A DNA stretch of 58,315 nucleotides from a virus. Numbering within the stretch: the stretch's first letter is position 1; each line of letters opens with the position of its first letter. The position numbers and the translations under genes are program-made. This document shows positions 1 through 8,296 of the stretch, one piece after another. Location: IMG/VR virus record IMGVR_UViG_3300045988_153046. One strand, given 5' to 3'. The notes beneath the pieces were generated by a model. It searched no databases. It was not told the origin of the DNA and was given only the letters and a program-made list of their open reading frames with translations.

Positions 1-119
1 GTTTTTTTTTTTTTTGCGCTCTAAAGATACCCCTCAAAAGTGATTAGGTTAAAGCATGAATACAAAGGCAAGGAGGGTTATTTGATGGGCGTTGCTGAGG
101 ATGTATTAGAGTATCTGAA
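1..119. repeat. Terminal redundancy (identical to 58197..58315); unit genome about 58196 bp
   Basis: Base-by-base identity of G+T14+GCGCTCTAAAG...GTATCTGAA at both window ends. Confidence 0.95.
20..50 (+). promoter_or_regulatory. Bipartite motif copy 1 (putative phage-specific promoter or leader element)
   Basis: TCTAAAGA-N12-GTGATTAGGTT directly after the T14 terminator tail; upstream of 85..381. Confidence 0.6.
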
Positions 120-381
120 AGAGTACCACAATTCAGAAACGAAAGCCATTAAAAGTAGAGGGCTCTGTGAGCTTTTCAATCTACAGAACAGACAAGTAAG
201 GCATTTGGTGAGCGGTCTTAGGCAGAAAGGATCTCCTATCTGTAGCTCTAATAGCGGGTATTGGTATTCAGGGGATCGAGAGGATATTGATAGTACAATT
301 AACCGCCTCTCAGATCAGGTAAGAAATATGAGCCTTACTATTAGAGGGTTGCGTAAGGCTAAAGGAGGGTATCACAAATGA
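85..381 (+). CDS. Putative winged-helix DNA-binding protein
   Basis: ATG 85 lies 8 nt after AGGAGGG. The longer track start at 40 is the GTG of the conserved motif. HTH-like segment LCELFNLQNRQVRHLVSGLRQKG. Confidence 0.5.
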   Translation: MGVAEDVLEYLKEYHNSETKAIKSRGLCELFNLQNRQVRHLVSGLRQKGSPICSSNSGYWYSGDREDIDSTINRLSDQVRNMSLTIRGLRKAKGGYHK

Positions 382-1142
382 GAAAAAAGAGAAACAGGCG
401 GAGAGTAGTGGGGCTGGTGGGGGCTGTAGTACTGGTAGTTATCGGTGTTGGTGTTTTCTCTGGAGAAAAGGCAGTAGAGGTAGATGAGGCTTATAATGCC
501 GTTACTGAAATAAAAGTATTAACTCCTACAGAGATGCCTCTTAGTAGCACTGAAACTCCTATAGAGATTGTAGAGCCTAGTGCTGAGCCAGTTGTTGGAG
601 ATAGAGATCCAGATAATTATACATACCCCTATAATACCGTGAGTGCAGATTGGGGAGCTGAGGTGTATGAGCAAGGCTATAGGTATTATGAGATCCCTGA
701 GGAGTATAGAAATAGCGGCGGCTGTTTTCCTGAGGTTGTACAGGTGTATCTCTGGAGCTTATGTAGAGAGCGTGAGATTGATTATTACATGGTGGTAGCC
801 ATGATTGAGAGAGAAAGTTGTTACAAGTATGATGCTGTAGGAGATGGCGGGGTTAGTATCGGGTATTTGCAGATAGGAGAAAAGTGGCACAAAGATAGGA
901 TGGAGGCTGAGGAGGTATCTGATCTCAAAGATCCCTATGGAAATATCAGAGTAGGGCTTAATTTCTTGCAAGAGCTTAGTAGCCGTTATGCGGATAGCGG
1001 GATGAATTGTGTATTGATGGCTTACAACATGGGAGAAAGTGGTGCTAAGAAATGCTGGAATAACGGCACTTACAGCACTGAGTACTCTAGAGGCATTTTA
1101 GCTAGAGCTGAGGAGATAAGACAGGAAGTAGAAAAGGGATAA
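378..1142 (+). CDS. Membrane-anchored lytic transglycosylase (SLT domain)
   Basis: N-terminal TM helix; catalytic ERES, then GYLQI and MAYNMG motifs typical of SLT/goose-lysozyme-like transglycosylases. Confidence 0.8.
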   Translation: MRKKRNRRRVVGLVGAVVLVVIGVGVFSGEKAVEVDEAYNAVTEIKVLTPTEMPLSSTETPIEIVEPSAEPVVGDRDPDNYTYPYNTVSADWGAEVYEQGYRYYEIPEEYRNSGGCFPEVVQVYLWSLCREREIDYYMVVAMIERESCYKYDAVGDGGVSIGYLQIGEKWHKDRMEAEEVSDLKDPYGNIRVGLNFLQELSSRYADSGMNCVLMAYNMGESGAKKCWNNGTYSTEYSRGILARAEEIRQEVEKG

Positions 1143-1143
1143 C

Positions 1144-1188
1144 AGGAAAGTAAAGGATCAAAGGGAAAAGGTGATCCTTTACTTTCCT
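1144..1188 (+). other. Perfect 17-bp hairpin without a T-run
   Basis: AGGAAAGTAAAGGATCA (1144-1160) pairs with TGATCCTTTACTTTCCT (1172-1188); 11-nt loop. Confidence 0.85.
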
Positions 1189-1203
1189 ATATGGTGAATA
1201 TCT

Positions 1204-1407
1204 ATGTTTGAGATTGGAGAGGTAGTTAGATGGATGGAGCCGCTGGATCATGAGTACAGTTATGGAAAGCTCATAGAGATAAGGCGAAACAGGGCTATCA
1301 TTGAGGAGCTGGGCTATTACTCTGGTAGGATTGTATCTATTCATATCAGGTTTATAAAACACTTAGAGAGGAGTAGCGGCGGTGAGGGTGCGAAACACAA
1401 TAAATGA
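1204..1407 (+). CDS. Hypothetical protein
   Basis: ORF on the coding strand within the operon; no recognisable motif. Confidence 0.4.
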   Translation: MFEIGEVVRWMEPLDHEYSYGKLIEIRRNRAIIEELGYYSGRIVSIHIRFIKHLERSSGGEGAKHNK

Positions 1408-1801
1408 TGAATTACTTAGGGTGAGCTACTCTGGGCCTAAGAATATTAAAAATTTTCTCAGGAATTGGAGCGGGTTAGAGAGCCTTAGCTTAAAGGGTGA
1501 TACGGTAGCTTTATGTATTTTGGCGGATCTAAAGAAAGTAACAGGAATAGATCCAGAGCTTTATGACAGGCATAGTAGAGAGGCATTTGATGAGGGGTAT
1601 AAGGATGGGTGTTTGACTTACTATCAGTTTATGAGCATTGCCTATACTTTAGTGCTTGGGTATTCTCAGGAGGAGATAGCTTATGTGATGGGAGTGGTAG
1701 ATCACTCTGTTATCAATAAAAATATCCATACTGGGATAAAGCGGATTATTAAGGTTTTGGAGGGCGGTGCTGATGAGGATAAAATGCAGGCAGGAGGATG
1801 A
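1382..1801 (+). CDS. Sigma-70 region-4-like HTH protein (possible ArpU-like late regulator)
   Basis: C-terminal LGYSQEEIAYVMGVVDHSVINKNIHTGIKRI resembles a region-4 HTH; about 140 aa; lies upstream of the packaging module; GTG start 9 nt after GAGGAG. Confidence 0.4.
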   Translation: MRVRNTINDELLRVSYSGPKNIKNFLRNWSGLESLSLKGDTVALCILADLKKVTGIDPELYDRHSREAFDEGYKDGCLTYYQFMSIAYTLVLGYSQEEIAYVMGVVDHSVINKNIHTGIKRIIKVLEGGADEDKMQAGG

Positions 1802-2012
1802 TGCTGATAGATGGCTTAGAGAGCATGATCCCTATTATACGAGCAAGAGCGGACATAAGAGCAAAAAGGAAAAATATCCGTATGATACAGCAAGGCAGGA
1901 GAGGACAAAAGCAGAGGTTGAGATCCCTGTAAGTAATCTTAATGCCTCTCAGCGGAGGCAGATGAAAGAGGTTGCTGGGGCGTATGATGAAGATGGTAAT
2001 TTTAATTTGTAG
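1773..2012 (+). CDS. Hypothetical protein
   Basis: ATG 8 nt after GGAGGG; hydrophilic 79-aa ORF. Confidence 0.4.
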   Translation: MRIKCRQEDDADRWLREHDPYYTSKSGHKSKKEKYPYDTARQERTKAEVEIPVSNLNASQRRQMKEVAGAYDEDGNFNL

Positions 2013-2018
2013 GCTTTG

Positions 2019-2074
2019 TACACAATTTTTACATATGACTTGCCTATCTACTGAAAAGAATTGCAGGGTTTTTA
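2019..2074 (+). promoter_or_regulatory. Conserved intergenic element A (shares a TGACTTGCCTATCT core with 11198..11253)
   Basis: 35/56 ungapped identity with element B, including an exact 14-mer; both intergenic, upstream of an RBS. Confidence 0.5.
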
Positions 2075-2101
2075 CACCTTGAATTACATGGAGGTAGAAA
2101 T

Positions 2102-2698
2102 ATGAGTAGTAAGCATGAGATAAAGTATTGTGATCCTCTGGATCTAAAGCCGTATGAGAAAAATCCTAGAGTAAATGATTATGCGGTAAAGAGGGTGCTT
2201 GCCAGTATTGAGGAATTTGGTTTTACTCAACCTATCCTTGTAGATACTGATATGATTATCATAGCAGGACATACACGCAGAGAGGCGGCGATCTTGCAGG
2301 GGATTGAGAGTGTGCCTTATATCGTGGTAGACTGGTTAAGCCCTGAGCAAGTAAAAGCTTATAGGATTGCAGATAATAAGCTTGCTGAGCTGAGTACATG
2401 GGATGAGGAGCTTTTGAAAGAGGAGCTCTTTGAACTGGAGGCAGTTGATTTTCCTCTTGAGGTAATGGGTTTTACAGAGATTGATCTGAGAAATCTATTT
2501 ACAGAGGATGAGCCTGAGGAGAAAGCAGAGAAATCTCCTAAAGAGGAAAAAACTACTCTACCTATGCTGAGATTTGGTAGTAACAGTGTGAGAATTACAG
2601 AGGATGAGTTGATCCTGCTGAGCAATAGATATAATGAGTATATAGAGCTTACTCCAGAGGAGGGTTTTATAACATGGCTGTTAAAGAGGGGGCTTTAG
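2102..2698 (+). CDS. ParB-like nuclease domain protein
   Basis: ParB/Srx N-terminal signature: LKPYEKNPR ... IIAGHTRREAA ... YRIADNKL. Confidence 0.85.
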   Translation: MSSKHEIKYCDPLDLKPYEKNPRVNDYAVKRVLASIEEFGFTQPILVDTDMIIIAGHTRREAAILQGIESVPYIVVDWLSPEQVKAYRIADNKLAELSTWDEELLKEELFELEAVDFPLEVMGFTEIDLRNLFTEDEPEEKAEKSPKEEKTTLPMLRFGSNSVRITEDELILLSNRYNEYIELTPEEGFITWLLKRGL

Positions 2699-2847
2699 AC
2701 TATGTACCTAAAGGCTGGGTAAAGATGGAGGGAGCTCAGACAGCTACACTAGGGTATAGCTGGTACTGTAACGGTAAATCCCGCTTTGGTGGAGAGTTTG
2801 AGTGTGCGTTGGTAAAAGATCAGAGGGATAGTGATGAGGGTGTTTAG
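2674..2847 (+). CDS. Small hypothetical protein (57 aa)
   Basis: ORF read by hand; overlaps both neighbours; below the track length cutoff. Confidence 0.3.
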   Translation: MAVKEGALDYVPKGWVKMEGAQTATLGYSWYCNGKSRFGGEFECALVKDQRDSDEGV

Positions 2848-3130
2848 TAAGACTAGCGAGAAGTGCTTAGCCTGTAAATACTATGATGATTGTGATAGTA
2901 AGAGGATGGTAATGTGTGCGCTAAGAGAGATGCCTCCTACATTAGCGAAATCGGCGGGGCAAAGTGCTGGTATGCCTCTAACGCAGGATCTCTTAGTAAA
3001 ACATGATTATAGAGATATAAAGGTTGGAGAGGATACTACTGTTACCATTGATTTAGAAGATCTAAAGAAACAGATGGAAAAGGATTTTTATAAGGCGTTA
3101 GGTTGTCCTTTTATGAGTAATGGAGCATAA
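2831..3130 (+). CDS. Hypothetical protein
   Basis: ORF ending at a strong terminator. Confidence 0.45.
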   Translation: MMRVFSKTSEKCLACKYYDDCDSKRMVMCALREMPPTLAKSAGQSAGMPLTQDLLVKHDYRDIKVGEDTTVTIDLEDLKKQMEKDFYKALGCPFMSNGA

Positions 3131-3132
3131 GC

Positions 3133-3161
3133 AAGAGAGGCGGGAAAGAGCCTCTCTTTTT
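3133..3161 (+). terminator. Rho-independent terminator
   Basis: AAGAGAGGC / GCCTCTCTT 9-bp stem, 8-nt loop, T5. Confidence 0.85.
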
Positions 3162-3438
3162 ATTGCATTCTCATGAAAAATCCCACTGAAATATAAAGAA
3201 AAGCGGAGGGCGGCGGGAAAGGGGTTTTATACATTATATAAGAGAAATAAAAATAGCAGAAATACGAGCAGTAGTATTAAAGGTACTTACTGAAATAAAA
3301 CAGGAAAAGAGATAGCTATTAGAGTTAGAGAGAATACCATATAAACTCTCTGAGTTATAGTAGCTATCTCTTGATTTATAGAAAAACTACTATAAATCCT
3401 CAAAAATACTAAAGTAGCAGGAAAGGGGGGGGCGGAGA

Positions 3439-3903
3439 GTGGCTAGTTTGAATAAAGAGAACGATTTGCAGAGAGAGGCTTTTGAAATCTACTATGGAAT
3501 GGGTAAAAAGAGGAGCTTAAAGGCTGTGGCAGAGCGGGTAAAGCGTACTGAGCGCACTGTAGCGGGTTGGAGTAGAGCCTATAACTGGGTTGATCGCTGT
3601 TATCAGCGTGAGATTGAGGATGCTAAGGCTGGAGAGGCTAGTAAGGTGGCTCTAGCACAGACTACAGATGTTAAAACACGCTATAGGATCATGATAAATA
3701 ACCTGATGGCAAAGGCTACTAAGCTGGTTGCTGAGGGTAAGCTGGGTATCAGAAATGTACAGGATTTTGAGCGAGTGGTAAAGTTGGATCTCTTGCTTAT
3801 GGGTGAGAGTGTTGATAGATCTGAGCTTGTAGGGGCTACAGAGCTCTCTCAGGCGGATAAGGATAGGCTGGATAAGATAGCTAAGCTCCTTAGTGATAAG
3901 TAA
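3439..3903 (+). CDS. terS: Putative terminase small subunit
   Basis: N-terminal HTH-like segment (KRSLKAVAERVKRTERTVAGWSRAYNW), coiled C-terminus, position upstream of terL; GTG start. Confidence 0.55.
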   Translation: MASLNKENDLQREAFEIYYGMGKKRSLKAVAERVKRTERTVAGWSRAYNWVDRCYQREIEDAKAGEASKVALAQTTDVKTRYRIMINNLMAKATKLVAEGKLGIRNVQDFERVVKLDLLLMGESVDRSELVGATELSQADKDRLDKIAKLLSDK

Positions 3904-3994
3904 GTGTTTTGTGCAATTTGTACAGCGGTATAGGGTTGATCCCCTATGGAAAACACAGAGCAAAAAGACAAATTGCACAAATGGAGGGGCATTA

Positions 3995-4025
3995 TCAAAA
4001 TATAACGCCTGAGAGTGATTAGGTT
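3995..4025 (+). promoter_or_regulatory. Bipartite motif copy 2
   Basis: TCAAAATA-N12-GTGATTAGGTT; followed by TGTTATCAGAA, as in copy 10. Confidence 0.55.
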
Positions 4026-4054
4026 TGTTATCAGAATTAAGGAGGATACTGAAT

Positions 4055-4987
4055 ATGGAGCATAATGTAGTTAAAAGCCCTAAACATTATACGGCTGGTA
4101 GGAAGTTTGAGCCTAAGGATGTTATCAGGGATTGGAAACTCAATTTTAATCTGGGCTCAGCTCTTAAGTATATTGCCAGAGCCGGTAGAAAGGGAGATCC
4201 TGTAGAGGATTTGGAAAAGGCTAGAGAGTATCTGGCTTTTGAGATTGAGGCTCTAAAGGCTGAGAGCGGCAAAAGTAGCAAGGTGGCAGAGGAAAAGTGT
4301 ACTTTTAATCCTCTCTTTGAGGAAAAGGTTATTGATGGGGTACGCTGTGGAGCTATTGAGGTTAGTGTGCCTGAGGGTATGCCTTTAGATGAGGCGATTA
4401 AACAGGTTATTTCTAAGATTGAGGAGGATTGTTTTGTGAAAATCGGAGATGTTGTATATTTCAAAAAGGAAAATAGCCTTATGGGTGAGATTAAGGCTAT
4501 TGATGAGATGGATAGGGCTACTCTCTCTCTATGTAATTCTAGGGTAGAGATTACTGTAGATATGGCTGAGCTGGGAGAAACAAATTCAGTACAGGCACAC
4601 AGAGCTCTAAGCAGTGAGGTACATATCTTAGGCACTCTCTATAAGATCCTCATTGTAGAGGAGGAAGATTACCGATATTCTAAAGAGGCTGATGGGTGGT
4701 GTGATACCTCAGTAAAGGAGCTATTGGTATTCAATTTTAAGCAGGATATGGATAGTGTAAGAGATCTTGCGGCATACCAGAGAAAGGTAATCCGCCATGA
4801 GATTATCCATGCTTTTCTTTATGAGAGCGGGTTGTGGCAGAGTAGTTTTAACTGTAAGGCATGGGCTCAAAATGAGGGGATGGTAGATTGGTTTGCTATA
4901 CAGTCTCCTAAAATCTTTAGGGCGTTTAGAGAGGCTGGAGTAGATGATTTTGAGGAGGTGAGTAATGTTGTGGCAGATTGTGATTAA
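4055..4987 (+). CDS. DUF3310-like N-terminal domain fused to an HExxH (zincin-like) domain
   Basis: N-terminus SPKHYT...ALKYIARAGRKG..EDLEKAREYL is typical of DUF3310. C-terminus has RHEIIHAFLYESG (HExxH). ATG 4055 follows AAGGAGG. Confidence 0.6.
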   Translation: MEHNVVKSPKHYTAGRKFEPKDVIRDWKLNFNLGSALKYIARAGRKGDPVEDLEKAREYLAFEIEALKAESGKSSKVAEEKCTFNPLFEEKVIDGVRCGAIEVSVPEGMPLDEAIKQVISKIEEDCFVKIGDVVYFKKENSLMGEIKAIDEMDRATLSLCNSRVEITVDMAELGETNSVQAHRALSSEVHILGTLYKILIVEEEDYRYSKEADGWCDTSVKELLVFNFKQDMDSVRDLAAYQRKVIRHEIIHAFLYESGLWQSSFNCKAWAQNEGMVDWFAIQSPKIFRAFREAGVDDFEEVSNVVADCD

Positions 4988-5153
4988 AGTGCTATGTGTG
5001 ATTGCTCTCCTGATGAGCGGTGGTACTACCCTATCTTTAGCTAAGCTGAGTAGTGCAGAGCGGGATAAAAAGAAAAAAGAGGCAATGGCTCTAGGGATGC
5101 TGATGAGCTTAATTCTATTTGGGCTGATGTTATACAAGGTAATTATCATTTAG
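4965..5153 (+). CDS. Small membrane protein (2 TM)
   Basis: Two hydrophobic helices flank a KKKKE loop; ends at a terminator. Confidence 0.45.
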   Translation: MLWQIVIKVLCVIALLMSGGTTLSLAKLSSAERDKKKKEAMALGMLMSLILFGLMLYKVIII

Positions 5154-5177
5154 AGAGGCTTTTAGCCTCTCTTTTTA
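5152..5177 (+). terminator. Rho-independent terminator
   Basis: AGAGAGGCT / AGCCTCTCT 9-bp stem, TTT loop, T5. Confidence 0.85.
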
Positions 5178-5204
5178 TTAAGTGGAGGAGGGAGGTTAAG
5201 TGAT

Positions 5205-6683
5205 GTGGATTACAGCAAAGTAAGCCTAGTAGAAAGTGTGATCTCACAGGCTGATAATCCAGATGCCATTATCAAGCACTTAATACTTAACTCTGATTTT
5301 GAGGTAGCTTATTACTTTGTATGCAGATATATCACTAAGCGGAGTATTGAGGGCTTGCATAAAAGCATTATAGCTAATATCTCCCATACTAGGAGTAGCT
5401 TAGATCTTGCTCCTAGAGGTTTTGGTAAGAGTACTGTAGGAGATGTGGATTATTGTATTACCAGAATACTCAGAGAGCCTAATATCCGTATTATGATAGG
5501 CTCTAAAACTCAAACACAGGCGGAGGCTTTTTTGAAAGAGATCCGTACACACTTTGAGCAAAATGAGGATCTTACTAGGATATTTGGTGATTGGAAAGCT
5601 GGTAAGGGTAGTGTGTGGAATGATAGAGAGTTTACAGTGAACAGGCGCACTATCATAAAGAAAGAGGCTACTGTTACAGCTTTGGGAGCCTCTGGAGCGG
5701 TTATCTCTAAGCATTTTGATATTATTGTGGGAGATGATTTGGTAGGGCTTGAAAATGCTAGGACTGAGAGACAGAGGAAAAATCTTAATGAATGGTTTTA
5801 TAGCTCTCTCCTCCCTACCCTAGAGCCTGATGGTGAGATACACATACTGGGTACTAGATATAATCCGCTTGATCTGTATGAGGATCTGATAAAAAGCGGG
5901 AATTACACAGTTAATATCCAGAGAGCGATCCAGCTCCTAGAGGGAAAAGAGGTATCATTGTGGGCGGATAAGTTTAGCATTGAGCGGCTCAAAGAGCTAA
6001 GAGCGGAGAGCGGTAAGATTATCTTTAATATGCAGTACCAAAATGATACTGAGCTTGCCAAAGGGCGTATCTTTAAGGCTCAGTATTTCCGCTATTATGA
6101 GGAGTATAAGCTTGATTATGATTTTCAGACAGCAAAGATCAGAATTAAGGATGCTGAGGGGCTGGATAAGTGGATTAAAGTGCGTGTGTACATGGGTGCA
6201 GACTTGGCTATATCTGAGAATGAGAATAGCAACAATGACTTTTTTGTATTGATGGTAATAGGGGTAGATGAGGCTAAGAATGTGTATATTTTGGACTATG
6301 TAAAAGAGCGGCTAACCTTTAATGCTCAGCTTACCACTACTATCTCTTATGGGCGTGATAAATATCCTATGGTAGAGAGAGTGGGGGTAGAAACTAATCA
6401 ATACCAGAAAGCCTTAGCGCAAGAGCTCAGGCGGCTTAGCCTGTTACCTGTAGTTAATATCAATACCACTAAAGATAAGGTTACTAGAGCTATGCGGAGA
6501 TCCGCTAACTTTGAAAATGGCAAGGTGTACTTTAGAGAGGGCATGGATGATCTGGAGGAGTGCTTATTGCTATTTCCAGAGGTGGATCATGATGATTTAT
6601 TTGATGCGCTGGATCATGCTATGACTGTAGCGGATGCAGGAAATGAGATCAGGGTACTTAACAGATCTGATTTTATAATTTAA
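5205..6683 (+). CDS. terL: Terminase large subunit
   Basis: Walker A APRGFGKST, Walker B IIVGDDLV, C-terminal nuclease motif DDLFDALDHA. Confidence 0.9.
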   Translation: MDYSKVSLVESVISQADNPDAIIKHLILNSDFEVAYYFVCRYITKRSIEGLHKSIIANISHTRSSLDLAPRGFGKSTVGDVDYCITRILREPNIRIMIGSKTQTQAEAFLKEIRTHFEQNEDLTRIFGDWKAGKGSVWNDREFTVNRRTIIKKEATVTALGASGAVISKHFDIIVGDDLVGLENARTERQRKNLNEWFYSSLLPTLEPDGEIHILGTRYNPLDLYEDLIKSGNYTVNIQRAIQLLEGKEVSLWADKFSIERLKELRAESGKIIFNMQYQNDTELAKGRIFKAQYFRYYEEYKLDYDFQTAKIRIKDAEGLDKWIKVRVYMGADLAISENENSNNDFFVLMVIGVDEAKNVYILDYVKERLTFNAQLTTTISYGRDKYPMVERVGVETNQYQKALAQELRRLSLLPVVNINTTKDKVTRAMRRSANFENGKVYFREGMDDLEECLLLFPEVDHDDLFDALDHAMTVADAGNEIRVLNRSDFII

Positions 6684-6687
6684 GCAG

Positions 6688-6712
6688 AAAAGAGCCTATA
6701 GAGGGCTCTTTT
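6688..6712 (+). terminator. Hairpin with T-run (attenuator/terminator)
   Basis: AAAAGAGCC / GGCTCTTTT stem. Confidence 0.6.
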
Positions 6713-6735
6713 AATTTTGAAAAGGAGGTATGGCA

Positions 6736-8274
6736 ATGATTACTAAGCCTATTGATAAGGAGTTTAATGTAGAACAGGAGAGCCAGCGGATAGATCCCTC
6801 TTTTTTGAGTGATTTAATCAGTGCTCACACTAGGAAAATAGCTCCTAAGTACAGGAAGTATCAAAAGCTGTATGAAAACAAGCACAAGGTATTAAACAGA
6901 CAGAAAAAGGATGAAAACAAGCCTAATAACCGTATCGCAAACGATTTTTTCAGTCAGATTATAGATAACACAGTAGGTTACTTTTTGGGTAATCCTGTTA
7001 TCCTTAACTACACTGAGCCTCAGGCTGAAAAAAAGCTTGTAGAGGTAGATCCTAATGATGTGGGCGTGGATCTTGGGGATATTGCTGATACGGCGGTACA
7101 GGATGAGCTTGATAATATCTGTACAGAGAATGATAAGGATGATCTCTTTATTGAGTGGGGCAAAGAGGCAATGATTAAGGGGCTCTCTCATGTGCTGGTG
7201 TACCAGAATGAGGAGAGTAAAACTAAGTTTATGAGGGTAAGCCCTGAGGATTGTATCTTAGTATATAAGAACAGCTCTACTCATGAGGCTAAGTGGAAAA
7301 TCCGTCTGTATGACATTGATACAGAGGATACTAATAAAACTACTCACTATGCAGAGGTGTATGATGCTACAGGCTATGATGTTTTTACTAGCTCTGAGGA
7401 TAGCACTGGAGGTAGGGGTAGCAGGAATGTAGCGGGTTACACTTTCCAGAAAAGAGTATCCCATATTTATGGGCGCATTCCTATTGTTACGCTTTACAAT
7501 AATGAGGAGCAAATGAGCGATCTGGAGAGGATCGAAACTCTTGTAAATGACTACGATAAGGTGCTCTCTGATATGAGTAATGAGTTTGAGGCTTTTAGAA
7601 ATGCCTATCTCATGCTTAAGAACATGGTAGCGGGTAAGGATGCTCTGGATAAGCTTAAGGTAGAGGGTATTCTTGAGGTTATGGAGAATGGTGATGCGAA
7701 ATTCCTTACTAAGCAGATCCAGACAGAGGCTATAGAAAATCATTTAGATAGGCTGGAGCGGAATATCTATAAATTTTCACAAGTGCCTGATCTCTCTGAT
7801 GAGAATTTTGCGGGTAATCTCTCTGGTATTGCTATTAGATTTAAGCTTTTTGGGCTTGAGACTAAGTGCATTATCAAAGAGAGAAAGATGGAGAGGGCAA
7901 TTAAAGAGCTCTTTAAGGTGCTCTATGCTCCTTTGCGGGTACTTACAGGGCATGAGCCTGATGTGTTAAACCTCAAAATAGAGTTTACAAGGAATGTACC
8001 CACTAACACTACTGAGATTGTGGATACCGTGTGTAAGCTGGAGGGTAAGGTGGATCAAGAAACTCTGCTTAGCCTGTTGCCGTTTGTGGATAATCCGAAA
8101 GAGATCCTTGAAAAGCTGGAGGCAGATGCTCAGGCTAAAAAGGCTAGCAGTGATCCTTATAACCCTCAGAATGTAGTAGCAGATGGTAATAATCCATTTC
8201 CTAATTTGAATGGGTTAAATTGGGCTGAGAGCCCTGTAGCAAGCCCTGTAGAGGACAATAGCTCTGAGGGGTAA
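6736..8274 (+). CDS. Portal protein (SPP1 gp6-like)
   Basis: Size, position after terL, and NDFFSQIIDNTVGYFLGNPV-type portal N-region. ATG 6736 has better RBS spacing than 6730. Confidence 0.8.
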   Translation: MITKPIDKEFNVEQESQRIDPSFLSDLISAHTRKIAPKYRKYQKLYENKHKVLNRQKKDENKPNNRIANDFFSQIIDNTVGYFLGNPVILNYTEPQAEKKLVEVDPNDVGVDLGDIADTAVQDELDNICTENDKDDLFIEWGKEAMIKGLSHVLVYQNEESKTKFMRVSPEDCILVYKNSSTHEAKWKIRLYDIDTEDTNKTTHYAEVYDATGYDVFTSSEDSTGGRGSRNVAGYTFQKRVSHIYGRIPIVTLYNNEEQMSDLERIETLVNDYDKVLSDMSNEFEAFRNAYLMLKNMVAGKDALDKLKVEGILEVMENGDAKFLTKQIQTEAIENHLDRLERNIYKFSQVPDLSDENFAGNLSGIAIRFKLFGLETKCIIKERKMERAIKELFKVLYAPLRVLTGHEPDVLNLKIEFTRNVPTNTTEIVDTVCKLEGKVDQETLLSLLPFVDNPKEILEKLEADAQAKKASSDPYNPQNVVADGNNPFPNLNGLNWAESPVASPVEDNSSEG

Positions 8275-8296
8275 TCTGGTAAGGGAGGTAAGGTAA

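Noticed and set aside
2-15. T14 homopolymer at the window start as a special element
   Set aside because: It is simply the U-tract of the terminator whose stem lies at 58176-58195, carried into the terminal overlap.
40-84. N-terminal MIRL... extensions of ORFs 40..381 and 36958..37656
   Set aside because: Both start at the GTG of the conserved GTGATTAGGTT box, so the shared MIRL is a by-product of the motif. Better-spaced RBS/start pairs exist downstream at 85 and 36997.
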